A stretch of 64,000 nt of DNA from a virus (IMGVR_UViG_3300033070_001161:17222-81221), one strand, 5' to 3'. Counted from the first letter of the stretch, positions 31,928 through 41,258 are shown. The notes: generated by a model not told the origin, from the sequence alone. Program-made: numbers and translations.

Positions 31928-32335
31928 ATGGCAATCTTAATTGGGGATGAAAGTTCCTCTAAATCATTGACTATTGAACAAATAGCGTCAAGGCTTTCGT
32001 ATTTCTATGAGCAAATACATCTGCTCCATTGGCAAACAACATCTATTGCTGAACATCAATCTTTAGGATCATTATATGAAAAACTAGTAGATTTTAAAGA
32101 TGAAATAATTGAAAAGCTGATGGGATATATGTCAAAGCGACCGTCTGCTTTTAAAATAGAACCATTAGTTAATTATAGTCAAGGTGTTCCTCAAAAAATG
32201 GTGAAAGCATTAGCTACATTTGCTACTCAATTAGAAAGTTGGGCAGAAGAACAAGAATATTGTGATGTAGAACAAATAGCACAAACGCTAAATGGGGAAG
32301 CTAATAAGACACTATATCTATTAACTCTAAGCTAA
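31928..32335 (+). CDS. Ferritin/Dps-like protein (DUF5856-like)
   Basis: QIHLLHWQT.S.AEH.SLG.LYE......DEIIE.LMG four-helix-bundle pattern ending NKTLYLLTL. Confidence 0.75.
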   Translation: MAILIGDESSSKSLTIEQIASRLSYFYEQIHLLHWQTTSIAEHQSLGSLYEKLVDFKDEIIEKLMGYMSKRPSAFKIEPLVNYSQGVPQKMVKALATFATQLESWAEEQEYCDVEQIAQTLNGEANKTLYLLTLS

Positions 32336-32337
32336 AT

Positions 32338-32619
32338 ATGGAAGTATCATATAAGAATTTTACAAAAGATCATATTCTAGACAATGAGGCTCATTATTTT
32401 GATTTGTTGGAGACGCTTATTGATAGTATGGACAGTAATTCCTACTTCACAATAATAAAGAATCCAGAAGATTATACTTTTCGACTTAGTTTATCTATTA
32501 GAAAAATAGATCATATAATAAGTCATATAAACTCCCTCAATAACGCATGGGGAATAAAAGCAGATTTTTCTAAATCTATGAGATCAGGAAATATTTTTTG
32601 GAAAATTCATATAAGTTAA
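32338..32619 (+). CDS. Hypothetical protein
   Basis: 93 aa intact co-oriented ORF. Confidence 0.55.
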   Translation: MEVSYKNFTKDHILDNEAHYFDLLETLIDSMDSNSYFTIIKNPEDYTFRLSLSIRKIDHIISHINSLNNAWGIKADFSKSMRSGNIFWKIHIS

Positions 32620-32628
32620 TTACCTTTA
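32597..32628 (+). promoter_or_regulatory. Near-consensus Bacteroidota promoter
   Basis: TTTG, 20 nt spacer, then TACCTTTA (one mismatch), upstream of the ATG at 32651. Confidence 0.55.
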
Positions 32629-32650
32629 CACTATAAAACCAGATAAAAAA

Positions 32651-33079
32651 ATGAAAACAATTAAATTAAAAACTAAATATCTCGAAAACTATTTAGTTGA
32701 AATCTTTGGATCGGACAGGGTACAAGACCCACTTCTTTTAAAGAATATTTCTCAAAAAACTAAATTCAACCTAAAAAAACTAGGTAATTCAATTCAAACA
32801 GAATATCGTCAAGTAGTTGATCATATTAAAGAATTATTTGATGAGTACCATGAGGAATATATACCAGAAGGAGAAAGCACTCCTAAGAAAAGAATTAAAG
32901 AAGGATTAAGTGAGGAATTTAATACCAAACTTAAAGAACTTGATGAACTTGTCGTAGAGATACAAACAGTAGAATTCACCGAAAAAGACTTTACAGATGT
33001 TGTTACAAAAGAAATTGTTGCAGGAAGCGTATATTACAATATTCTCGATGTCCTGTTATGGGAAGAACAAGTTGATTGA
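32651..33079 (+). CDS. Hypothetical acidic helical protein
   Basis: 142 aa ORF, the last gene of the + strand block. Confidence 0.6.
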   Translation: MKTIKLKTKYLENYLVEIFGSDRVQDPLLLKNISQKTKFNLKKLGNSIQTEYRQVVDHIKELFDEYHEEYIPEGESTPKKRIKEGLSEEFNTKLKELDELVVEIQTVEFTEKDFTDVVTKEIVAGSVYYNILDVLLWEEQVD

Positions 33080-33099
33080 TTACATTGTTGACATAAGTA

Positions 33100-33127
33100 A
33101 AAAAGCCCCTAATTAAAGGGGCTTTTT
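33100..33127. terminator. Bidirectional intrinsic terminator between the convergent blocks
   Basis: AAAAAGCCCCT-AATTAA-AGGGGCTTTTT, a perfect inverted repeat with A and T tails at the strand switch. Confidence 0.9.
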
Positions 33128-34708
33128 CGTTTGTGGCCAATTATTAACATATTCTCTTAATTCTTCTTTTGACATTGCTCTTATCTTTTCCAGCTCTTCG
33201 TAATTCTTACCAAACATAGGATTCGATCCTCCACTATCAGGTCCACACCAATGATCTACGTGATATACTATTCCTTTGATTCTCAGGATTTTATATCCTA
33301 ATTTATCAAATCGTTCATATCTCTCCACATCTTCCGGGCCGTAGCTTATAAAGTTTTCATTCTCTCCTCCTCCTTCAAAAAACTTGTCTTTATTCCATAT
33401 AATAATATGTCCTACACTCTTAGGATCAAATGGTCGTGTTCCTTTAAACACCGTACTACCTAATATACCCACATCTCCTCCTCTATCCCTCAGTTTGCGA
33501 TACCACTCCACTCTATTTAATCGAGCTACCCTACCATCATAAGGATACACCATATCAGCTTCTCCTCGTCTAATAGCATCTACACCAAGTTTCATCTGTA
33601 GAATTGAACATATATTATCGCAATCGAAATTTATTACACACTTATAACTTAATGCACTACTAGCCATAACATTTAACATTCGAGTTCTATGAAAATGTTC
33701 TCCTCCAAATATACTATAATTATGATTGGGTAGAAATTTACCAAAGAAATTGCCTCCTTGTTCTCCTACATGAATCGTAGATTCAAAATTATTCTCAATC
33801 CATTTGAGAATTAATTCCATATTTTCTTCTCTATCTTTATGGTCATACTTTACAGGAATTGTAAAATATGCATCTTTTATATCAAGTTTTTCACCTCTAT
33901 AATCATATGATGTCCAATCTTCCGGCCAAAAATCATCAGTGTTATGTGTTTCTTCCAAATATCCTTTAAAGTATTTAGAAGGATATACAACAGTACTATC
34001 TGGTTTTTGTCCAAGATAAGCCTGCCACCATGAAAATGTGCTATTAGGTATAATAAAATGATCGCAGAATGTACCTAAACAGAGCTGTTCTATATCAGAT
34101 AATCCATCTGCAAAATGGATACTTTCATGACAATCTAAATGGCGTTTAGCATAGTCATAATTATCACTAAATACAAGAATGTTATTTTCCTGTTCCCAAT
34201 TTGGGAAATATTTATATAAAGCTCCAAGTTGATATTTAATATCTAAAATTTCATAATTTCCATTATCTACATAATCTTCTGCTACACGTATACCAATTAA
34301 TATTGTATGTTTATTATTTGAAAATATATGACTATATTGTTCATACAACCTATATTTAAATTCAGGTATAAAATTAAATAATAAACCACTTATATCAGAC
34401 CTATAGTGTGCCCAATATTTAGGAGATTGCAACCATCCTGTAACGCTAACATGTTCCTTTCCTTCAAACTGTTCCTTCCAATAATCCCATCCAGAGAATG
34501 AGTAAGATGGTTCACCTATATCCTGTTTAAAATCTCCTCTTGGAATAAGAGGAATATTAGATGTAAAATATTCAGCATAATTCCATTCAGGAAGTGCTAA
34601 TTTCCTATTAAATCGTTTTGACATTCCATATAATGCAGCTAATTGAAACATTGAGTTTCCAAGTCTACCCATTCTTCGTCCAAATTTAGAATAAGAAATA
34701 GTTTTCAT
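33113..34708 (-). CDS. Two-domain glycosyltransferase: GT11 (alpha-1,2-fucosyltransferase-like) plus a GT-A/GT7C-like domain
   Basis: GRLGNSMFQLAALY, GWLQSPKYW, IGIRVAEDY, IIPNSTFSWWQAYL (GT11 motifs), then FDCD and GGGENENFISYGPEDVE (GT7C-like). Confidence 0.85.
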   Translation of the reverse strand: MKTISYSKFGRRMGRLGNSMFQLAALYGMSKRFNRKLALPEWNYAEYFTSNIPLIPRGDFKQDIGEPSYSFSGWDYWKEQFEGKEHVSVTGWLQSPKYWAHYRSDISGLLFNFIPEFKYRLYEQYSHIFSNNKHTILIGIRVAEDYVDNGNYEILDIKYQLGALYKYFPNWEQENNILVFSDNYDYAKRHLDCHESIHFADGLSDIEQLCLGTFCDHFIIPNSTFSWWQAYLGQKPDSTVVYPSKYFKGYLEETHNTDDFWPEDWTSYDYRGEKLDIKDAYFTIPVKYDHKDREENMELILKWIENNFESTIHVGEQGGNFFGKFLPNHNYSIFGGEHFHRTRMLNVMASSALSYKCVINFDCDNICSILQMKLGVDAIRRGEADMVYPYDGRVARLNRVEWYRKLRDRGGDVGILGSTVFKGTRPFDPKSVGHIIIWNKDKFFEGGGENENFISYGPEDVERYERFDKLGYKILRIKGIVYHVDHWCGPDSGGSNPMFGKNYEELEKIRAMSKEELREYVNNWPQTKKPL

Positions 34709-35442
34709 ATTATACGTGTTTTATTATTTAAAATTCTACATATTAATGCTGTAGATACCTTATATTCTTTAGATAATTTTTTATGGGTATAATATCCAGT
34801 TTTATATTTATTTCTTATATCAATTATATCTATATCTAATAATTTGGAGTTCCAATGATCTTCTCCAAATACTTTTTTAATTTTTCCATTCTTTAATCCT
34901 ATTGTTCTAGCCGTAGATAATGCTTTTTTATGACTATCTGATTTATTAATACCTTTAGTAGATAAAGATATTTTTTGTTTTGTCTTTTCTGAATGCTTAA
35001 ATTTTTTTAATTTTCTAGTAGCTGTTCTTTTTTCTATAGATATTGGATTTAATTTAATTCCTAAATGACATTTAGATATTTTAATTTTAGTTTCTTTTGT
35101 ATGTTTTTTACTTGATAATTTTATTTTAGTTTCTTCTGAGTGTTTTCCTCTACTTCCTGCATTTCTGATATTTAAAAGAGTAAATCCACAATCTTTATAT
35201 AAATCCATATATAATTGCTCATATTTATCTAAAATATCCTGAGTTACATCCAGTGGTAACTCTTGAATTATTTGAAAATAATGATTTTCAATTCCATATT
35301 TTTTTAAAGAATTATACAACTTTTGTTGATTTATACAAGAATATGATTTATATTTAGATAATCTCGCTACTATATTCCAAGATTGTCCAATATAAATCTT
35401 ATTACTAGGGCTAATAAATTTATATATTACAGGGTTACTCAT
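34705..35442 (-). mobile_element. Free-standing GIY-YIG homing endonuclease with NUMOD3 repeats
   Basis: VIYKFISPSNKIYIGQS and KHSEETKIKLS / KHTKETKIKIS repeats. Joined to its neighbours by ATGA overlaps. Confidence 0.85.
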
Positions 35443-36005
35443 AATTTTTGAAATATTAATAGAGTATTTTTAAAATATTCATAATGTCCTTCTATAACAG
35501 ATCGAGCGTATGTAGTAGGTTCCATTAAAAATTTCATATTTCTTTTACATACTTGTTCAATCACCCATGTATTTTCTTGACAATTTACATGGCCTATTCC
35601 ATCTTGTCCCGGAACTGCCCATGATAATATTAGCACTTTTGAATGTGCTGTATTATAACATATATTGTTTAAAAATTGATCTGTATATTCAAGGGGAATG
35701 TGTTCTCCTACTTCTAAACATAATGAATTACCTATAGGGTCTTTTGTTATAGGTGATGTTAAATCTTGTTCCATTATATTTGAAAATTCTCCAAAATCTC
35801 GTATATTAGGTGTACCTTCTATACCATGTAAAAGTTCAAACCCCCTATCATGAAAATATCTAAGATATGATCCTACACCACATCCCCAGTCTATAAGTAC
35901 ATCCTTTTTATCTAAATAATCACCTATCCATTTAGCCAATCTGTAGCTAAAGTCATGGCTACTACTGGCTTCATTTATTGTCCATATTCCTGTTTCTGTA
36001 GGCAT
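35439..36005 (-). CDS. Class I SAM-dependent methyltransferase (probably acting on sugars/glycans)
   Basis: LIDWGCGVGSY, GIEG, QDLT, CLEVGEHI and SWAVPGQDGIGHVN. Confidence 0.8.
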   Translation of the reverse strand: MPTETGIWTINEASSSHDFSYRLAKWIGDYLDKKDVLIDWGCGVGSYLRYFHDRGFELLHGIEGTPNIRDFGEFSNIMEQDLTSPITKDPIGNSLCLEVGEHIPLEYTDQFLNNICYNTAHSKVLILSWAVPGQDGIGHVNCQENTWVIEQVCKRNMKFLMEPTTYARSVIEGHYEYFKNTLLIFQKL

Positions 36006-36006
36006 A

Positions 36007-36414
36007 TTATTCTTTATATTCTAAGTTATATTTACTATAATGTTTATCCCAAAGTTCTTTATCTTTCTGTTTTTCATATTGTCTAATCAAAGCTCGTTCA
36101 CCATCATAATCAAATAATTTATTAAGCATATCACGAAGAGAATCTATTGTAAAGGTAGTATTTACGGGCTTTTCTTTCATTTGTTCATATATACCTTTCG
36201 TTGATGATTTAAAATCAGGTTTAGGATACTTTTCTGCAAAATAAGCATCATGTACTTCTTGAGGGATAGATTTATATTTATGCTCCCAAGGAAACCATTC
36301 TGGATATTTATCAATAATTATACGTACTCTTTCCATTGTTTCTCTACCAACATATTTTACATGGTTATATACCATTACTTCTTGTACTTCAGTAGGGATT
36401 AAACTAGTTATCAT
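36007..36414 (-). CDS. Hypothetical protein
   Basis: 135 aa intact ORF within the operon. Confidence 0.55.
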   Translation of the reverse strand: MITSLIPTEVQEVMVYNHVKYVGRETMERVRIIIDKYPEWFPWEHKYKSIPQEVHDAYFAEKYPKPDFKSSTKGIYEQMKEKPVNTTFTIDSLRDMLNKLFDYDGERALIRQYEKQKDKELWDKHYSKYNLEYKE

Positions 36415-37058
36415 TTCTTTTCAATTACAATTAATTCTTTATAAAAAGATATAGATGCTATCATATCTTCATATTTCTCCAATCCTCCGTAATTCTGTGT
36501 ATTACTGATATGTTCAAAATTAAGAACATCAGTGAGACGCTTAAAAAAGTTCATTGTAGTGTTTGTATAAGGATCACCACCATCATCACCCTGATATTCT
36601 TCACTATCCCAATAGCTTGTATGTACATCTTCCACAATATAATACCCTCTTTCGTTTAATAGAGGAAATAATATTTCAAAAGATCGTATAGTTCTTTGAT
36701 TATTATGACTAGCATCATCAATGATAATATCAAAATGGTTCCCTTTCATTATCAATTTTAAAAAGAAATCCCTATCATTCTGATCGCCTATATGTGTTTC
36801 TATTCTGTTAGGAACATTTAAAAATTCTTTTTTATATATATCTACACCTATTATTTTAGCATTTGGTAAATAATCAGCAAAAGCTTTTAAATCACCTCCT
36901 CCCCTATCTTCATAATGATACCCACCTATTCCTAATTCTAATAATGTAAAATCAGAATGTCTAATTGGGTCTAATATTCTTGTATATATAGGGGAGTAAT
37001 TATGATGATTACTCCCCTTATCACTTCCATATTTATTAAATAATTCGTCTAACGTCAT
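36411..37058 (-). CDS. SAM-dependent sugar O-methyltransferase (MycE/TylE-like)
   Basis: KYGSDKG..HHNY, LLELGIGGY, IGVDI, GDQND, FDIIIDDASH, GYYIVEDVHTSYW. Confidence 0.82.
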   Translation of the reverse strand: MTLDELFNKYGSDKGSNHHNYSPIYTRILDPIRHSDFTLLELGIGGYHYEDRGGGDLKAFADYLPNAKIIGVDIYKKEFLNVPNRIETHIGDQNDRDFFLKLIMKGNHFDIIIDDASHNNQRTIRSFEILFPLLNERGYYIVEDVHTSYWDSEEYQGDDGGDPYTNTTMNFFKRLTDVLNFEHISNTQNYGGLEKYEDMIASISFYKELIVIEKK

Positions 37059-37315
37059 GGTTTATAGTTTAATTGCAATCCGTATTTTTTGAAATATTCA
37101 TTGATTAGACTAAAATCATGTGTCCTTTTCCAGATACGCTTTAATCTACGGCAATGATTTACAGGATGTTGTTCCCATTCTCCTATAAGTTGCTGTTTTT
37201 TCTCATTAAAATGAGTTCCCGGCCAGTATTTATGAAATGCATAATACTCGTCAGGGGGAAGTTTATTACCTTCTTGTCTAATCCATTTAAAAATATCCTT
37301 ATTTCCTATTGTCAT
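37055..37315 (-). CDS. Hypothetical protein
   Basis: 86 aa ORF coupled to both neighbours. Confidence 0.55.
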   Translation of the reverse strand: MTIGNKDIFKWIRQEGNKLPPDEYYAFHKYWPGTHFNEKKQQLIGEWEQHPVNHCRRLKRIWKRTHDFSLINEYFKKYGLQLNYKP

Positions 37316-37659
37316 ATTAGTTCTCCTTTTTCATGTAAAGATAGTAATTTTTTATATTCAGCGTACTGTTTCGGTGCTTTTTCTGGAAATTCTGAAAATT
37401 GAGTGTGTGCATCAGGATGTACAATTTTAACATTCCATTCACAAAACTTATATTGAGGATACTTAGATTTTGGTAATATATGACTATACACAACACTGGA
37501 TTGTCTATATCTATCTCTTGATAGTTTCTGACCCGTTTCAAAACATATAACGTAAGTATTACCAAAATGATTCATTATTTCTCGTTCATCCCATAATGAA
37601 AAAAAGAAGAGTTTCATTAATTCGTTTTCTGCTTTTTTTTGATCTTTTATTTTTCTCAT
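37312..37659 (-). CDS. Small HNH/NinG-like nuclease
   Basis: CFETG...YSHILPKSKYP....EWNV...H..AH pattern. Confidence 0.55.
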   Translation of the reverse strand: MRKIKDQKKAENELMKLFFFSLWDEREIMNHFGNTYVICFETGQKLSRDRYRQSSVVYSHILPKSKYPQYKFCEWNVKIVHPDAHTQFSEFPEKAPKQYAEYKKLLSLHEKGELI

Positions 37660-37913
37660 TATACCCTGCTATAAATTTTATTAAAATTTTCATTAAAGAA
37701 ATCAATCATGTTATTTGTCACTTTTCTCCATCTTTTATATAAATGTGTACGTTTATCGGGTACATTTTCTGTATAATTTTCAATTAAATCCATTAATTCA
37801 GCAGCACTTATATCCTTCATAAATACACCATTTCCAATATATTGTGGGCCTAGTGGTGCATTATCAGTGTCATAATCATCTAAATTTGGTTTTTTACTCG
37901 TATTCTTCTTCAT
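37659..37913 (-). CDS. Hypothetical protein
   Basis: Intact ORF; the ATG at 37913 is preferred over the track start at 37943. Confidence 0.5.
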   Translation of the reverse strand: MKKNTSKKPNLDDYDTDNAPLGPQYIGNGVFMKDISAAELMDLIENYTENVPDKRTHLYKRWRKVTNNMIDFFNENFNKIYSRV

Positions 37914-38052
37914 ATATCTTGAGTTTTCTATTGATATAGTCAATCTTCATTTTTTGATTTTTAGTTATGTCAATCATATCTGTATAAAAATCAATAAGCC
38001 AATCTATCACTCTGTAATATCCATTAGAAGTTATATTTATATCTCCTGTCAT
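37894..38052 (-). CDS. Small hypothetical protein (52 aa, missing from the ORF track)
   Basis: Translated by hand as MTGDINITSNGYYRVIDWLIDFYTDMIDITKNQKMKIDYINRKLKIYEEEYE*. The ATG overlaps the upstream stop and the ORF fills the gap in the operon. Confidence 0.55.
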   Translation of the reverse strand: MTGDINITSNGYYRVIDWLIDFYTDMIDITKNQKMKIDYINRKLKIYEEEYE

Positions 38053-38423
38053 TTTATTGTAGTGATTACACCATTTTTAATTGTACATGTATGTTCTCCA
38101 ATTCCAATTGGAAATTCTGCATTTCCAAGCACTTTCCACATTCTAATAAGTTCATCAGTGATCACTTTATTTTCAACATCATTTACATCTATAAGCTCAA
38201 CTCTTTCTAAAAATCTTAATTTTGCATGTTCGCTTAATACAAGTTTATCTTTTGTCAGATCAGCTATTTGAGCTTTTATACTATTGATATTCCTACTACG
38301 CTTTTTTATATTTTCAACAACCTCACACCTCTGTTTTTCCAGTACTCCCAATTCAGCTTTCTCCTTTTCAAGCCTTGAATATAACGATTTTAACGTCACT
38401 TCAGATTTTATAGATTTATCCAT
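38049..38423 (-). CDS. Coiled coil plus small RelE/DUF4258-like domain protein
   Basis: N-terminal coiled coil, then LSEHAKLRFLERV...KNGVITTI. Confidence 0.45.
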   Translation of the reverse strand: MDKSIKSEVTLKSLYSRLEKEKAELGVLEKQRCEVVENIKKRSRNINSIKAQIADLTKDKLVLSEHAKLRFLERVELIDVNDVENKVITDELIRMWKVLGNAEFPIGIGEHTCTIKNGVITTIK

Positions 38424-38425
38424 AG

Positions 38426-38791
38426 TTATTTCCTTAAAAATTCATCCCAAAGTTCTTTTTCTTCGTCTACTTTTTCTTCCTTAATATGCTTTACTACACC
38501 ATGTTCATTTGGTTTTCCCCATTTACGTTTTTTAATTATTTCAAATTTATCACGTATAAGATTGACGATATCATCATACTCATATCCATTGATATGAGCA
38601 GACTCAAATAATAGTATAAAGCAATCAGCATATTCGTTTTTTATATTTTGGCTATTTGGAGAAGTTGATTTCAACTCCTCCATAAGCTCTACAATTTCCT
38701 CTTCTAAATGTTTCAATTTAGAAACATTTGAACCATGTGGAAAGGTTTCTCTTTGCCATTCTGTTATTTCTTTAAATAATTCACTAGTCAT
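38426..38791 (-). CDS. MazG-like nucleotide pyrophosphohydrolase (DUF550-like)
   Basis: WQRETF...KLKHLEEEIVEL...EYADCFILL...KRKW, the all-alpha NTP-PPase acidic motif. Confidence 0.8.
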   Translation of the reverse strand: MTSELFKEITEWQRETFPHGSNVSKLKHLEEEIVELMEELKSTSPNSQNIKNEYADCFILLFESAHINGYEYDDIVNLIRDKFEIIKKRKWGKPNEHGVVKHIKEEKVDEEKELWDEFLRK

Positions 38792-39833
38792 TTATTTCAA
38801 TATTTTTTGTTTTAATGTATTCTTTTACTTTTGTTTCGAGTTCTGCTAAATATTCAGGATTATCTTTAAGGAATTGTTTAACTCCATCTTCTCCTTGTAG
38901 TTTTGCCTCACCTACTGTATACCAAGCACCGCCTTTTGTGATTTCTCCCATTTCAAGAGCAAGATCAATTATTTCTTGAATTCTTTGAATTCCTTTACCA
39001 AACTCTACATAATATTCAAATGTCTTATAAGGAATACCAATTTTAGATTTTGTAATTTTACCTTTTACATGTATTCCATATGCACCATTTGCATCTTTGT
39101 CTACACTTTTACTTATTTCAATTTTAAGAGATTGTAGATATTTCCAAGCTTCTCCTCCGGGTTCTGTAAGAGGTACATATCCTCCAGGATTCATTCTATA
39201 TTGGTTAAGATATATAAAACCACTAGTACTGGCACTTAATGCTCCATTCACAGCCCTATACGCTTTAGCCATCATAGACGCTACTCCTGCAAGCCTACCT
39301 CCAGAAATACCATTTGCTATCTCTACAGCAGGAATTAATGCAGCAACACTATCCATTACAACCACACCATATAAATTACTTTGCAACACTTTACATAAAA
39401 ACTCAAGCCATTCTTCACCAGATAATAATTCTCTGTCTTTAATTCCTAAATGCTTGAGTAGTGATTCTCTATCAACAAGGTGTAATTTAGAAAGGTCTAC
39501 ACCTATTGACTGAGCATATTCAAGATCAATAGTTCCTTCAACATCAAGGAATGCACATAAATTACCCTTTTTTTGTTCTTCTGCTATTATATGTAAAGCC
39601 AGTGTCGTTTTACTACTACTTTCTTTACCAATAATACATGTACATTTACCACCTTTCGGTATGCCTAATCCACCTGTAGCAGCATCCAATGTAAGACTAC
39701 CTGTACTACACCATTCTTTCACTTCATCTACTTGTCTTTCAGATGCTTTGACCATTACACCTTTACCAAAAAGTTCTTCAAATTTTTTGAAGGTTTCATC
39801 AGCTTGTGCTTCATCAGTTCTCTTTTTTGCCAT
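38784..39833 (-). CDS. recA: RecA-family recombinase
   Basis: STGSLTLD.ATGG.GIPKG, Walker A variant GKESSSKTT, AFLDVEG, VVVMDSVAAL, YLNQYR, PGGEAWKY and KSKIG.P. Confidence 0.93.
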   Translation of the reverse strand: MAKKRTDEAQADETFKKFEELFGKGVMVKASERQVDEVKEWCSTGSLTLDAATGGLGIPKGGKCTCIIGKESSSKTTLALHIIAEEQKKGNLCAFLDVEGTIDLEYAQSIGVDLSKLHLVDRESLLKHLGIKDRELLSGEEWLEFLCKVLQSNLYGVVVMDSVAALIPAVEIANGISGGRLAGVASMMAKAYRAVNGALSASTSGFIYLNQYRMNPGGYVPLTEPGGEAWKYLQSLKIEISKSVDKDANGAYGIHVKGKITKSKIGIPYKTFEYYVEFGKGIQRIQEIIDLALEMGEITKGGAWYTVGEAKLQGEDGVKQFLKDNPEYLAELETKVKEYIKTKNIEIND

Positions 39834-39845
39834 ATGTTTTTATTT

Positions 39846-39853
39846 CAAAGATA
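39846..39853 (-). promoter_or_regulatory. Bacteroidota -7 promoter box upstream of recA
   Basis: TATCTTTG on the - strand, 12 nt before the recA ATG and immediately downstream of a terminator. Confidence 0.65.
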
Positions 39854-39870
39854 AGAAATCTATCTGAAAT

Positions 39871-39906
39871 AAAAAAATTAAAGTCCCCCTATAGAAATAG
39901 GAGGAC
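39871..39906 (-). terminator. Intrinsic terminator
   Basis: Stem GTCCCCCTAT/ATAGGAGGAC (one mismatch) with a 4 nt loop, followed on the - strand by TTTAATTTTTTT. Confidence 0.75.
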
Positions 39907-39948
39907 TATTATCAGATGTAATCAGGATTAAAACCCAAAAAGACATCC

Positions 39949-40464
39949 TTAAAATGCCTCGTTTTTAGTTTTATATTTTTCTGATAATTCGTTCATGTAT
40001 GTTACAAATCTTTTATATAAATCTCGGTTGTCGTTGTTTTTTTCAAAACTTCTTGTAAATGAGAGTCTTACATCTGATGCATAACTCTTATTTGTAGTAC
40101 CAATATATTCAGCTAATAACACACCTGTTATACCATTCTCCATACCATACTTAATGAATAAGCATCTGGATATATGATAATCGTGTGTTTTATTATCTAT
40201 ACTGTTCTTAACGTTAAACCCTGTAAAACAAGCAATTGCATTTGCAATAGCTATTGTCTGAATTCGTCTTTTGTCAATATCTACCATTTTTCTCCTCCAA
40301 AGGTCTAATTTTTTATTTATTATCTTAACTTTCTCTTTATATTCATCTGGTGATTTCTTGCGTTCAGAAACACCATATTGCTCACGTAATTTATCTCGTT
40401 TCTTTAATAATTTCCAGACTTTCTTTTGAATTTCGTTTTTATATTCCCATTTATATACTTTCAC
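39949..40464 (-). CDS. Hypothetical protein, possibly HTH (DnaA C-terminal-like) DNA-binding
   Basis: Basic coiled coil, then SRCLFIKYG....TGVLLAEYIG. Weak resemblance only. Confidence 0.4.
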   Translation of the reverse strand: MKVYKWEYKNEIQKKVWKLLKKRDKLREQYGVSERKKSPDEYKEKVKIINKKLDLWRRKMVDIDKRRIQTIAIANAIACFTGFNVKNSIDNKTHDYHISRCLFIKYGMENGITGVLLAEYIGTTNKSYASDVRLSFTRSFEKNNDNRDLYKRFVTYMNELSEKYKTKNEAF

Positions 40465-41258
40465 AAAATTTCTTTTAATGATTTTATTCGTTTAAATCCT
40501 ACATCATAACGTTGATTATGGGGAGCGTCAAATAAGAATGTGCATATTCCTGCATTATTTAGCTCCACAAAGTTTTCATACCGATCATCTACAAATATCT
40601 CAATTCCACTTTTCTTGGCTACATCAATTTTACTTTCTCCAAAATTTACACTATATACTGGCATTGTAGGAAAACCATTCTTGTCAAGCCATTCCTCTGT
40701 CCATTCTTTAGGAATACTGCGGGATGTAATATAACAATGAGGTTCAAAATTAATTTCAGATGGAGGTGTTTTTACAGGAATAGAGAGCCAAAAATCTTTA
40801 TCTTCTGCTAAAAGTTTAAATTTATCTCCTATATGACGATCAAAATTCCAAGTTTCAGGTACTTCCTGACCATGATATTTTGTCCAATGCCCCACCCAAT
40901 CAGCAAGCACTTCATCTATATCAAGTCCTATTTTAGGACGATTTAAATAACTATGAGGTCTATTATCTCCTTGAGGAAATATCTTATAATATGCTATCAT
41001 AAAGTGGGCATTACAGGCTAAATGAGCAGCATGTAATTCTCCTGATTCAGGATCATAATCTTCTCCTCTTTTTATAGCAGCCATGTGTCTTTCAGCAGAT
41101 TCGTACACTTTACTCCATACCATACCTTTCTCCCAATTTCTGGGAGCATATTTCTCAGCACCTTTAGTAAGTACTCTTACCATTTGTTCGTGTGCCCAAG
41201 GATGTACTAAATCATATCTTAATTTTCCCTCATTATATCTTAATGCTTCTCCACTCAT
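40461..41258 (-). CDS. Fusion of a dATP/dGTP diphosphohydrolase N-terminal domain (DUF5664-like) and a HAD 5'(3')-deoxyribonucleotidase
   Basis: RYNEGKLRYDLV...GAEKYAPRNWEKG...SAERH....GEDYDPESGELHAAHLACN, then IGLDIDEVLADW and FVDDRYEN (HAD motifs). Confidence 0.85.
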   Translation of the reverse strand: MSGEALRYNEGKLRYDLVHPWAHEQMVRVLTKGAEKYAPRNWEKGMVWSKVYESAERHMAAIKRGEDYDPESGELHAAHLACNAHFMIAYYKIFPQGDNRPHSYLNRPKIGLDIDEVLADWVGHWTKYHGQEVPETWNFDRHIGDKFKLLAEDKDFWLSIPVKTPPSEINFEPHCYITSRSIPKEWTEEWLDKNGFPTMPVYSVNFGESKIDVAKKSGIEIFVDDRYENFVELNNAGICTFLFDAPHNQRYDVGFKRIKSLKEIL

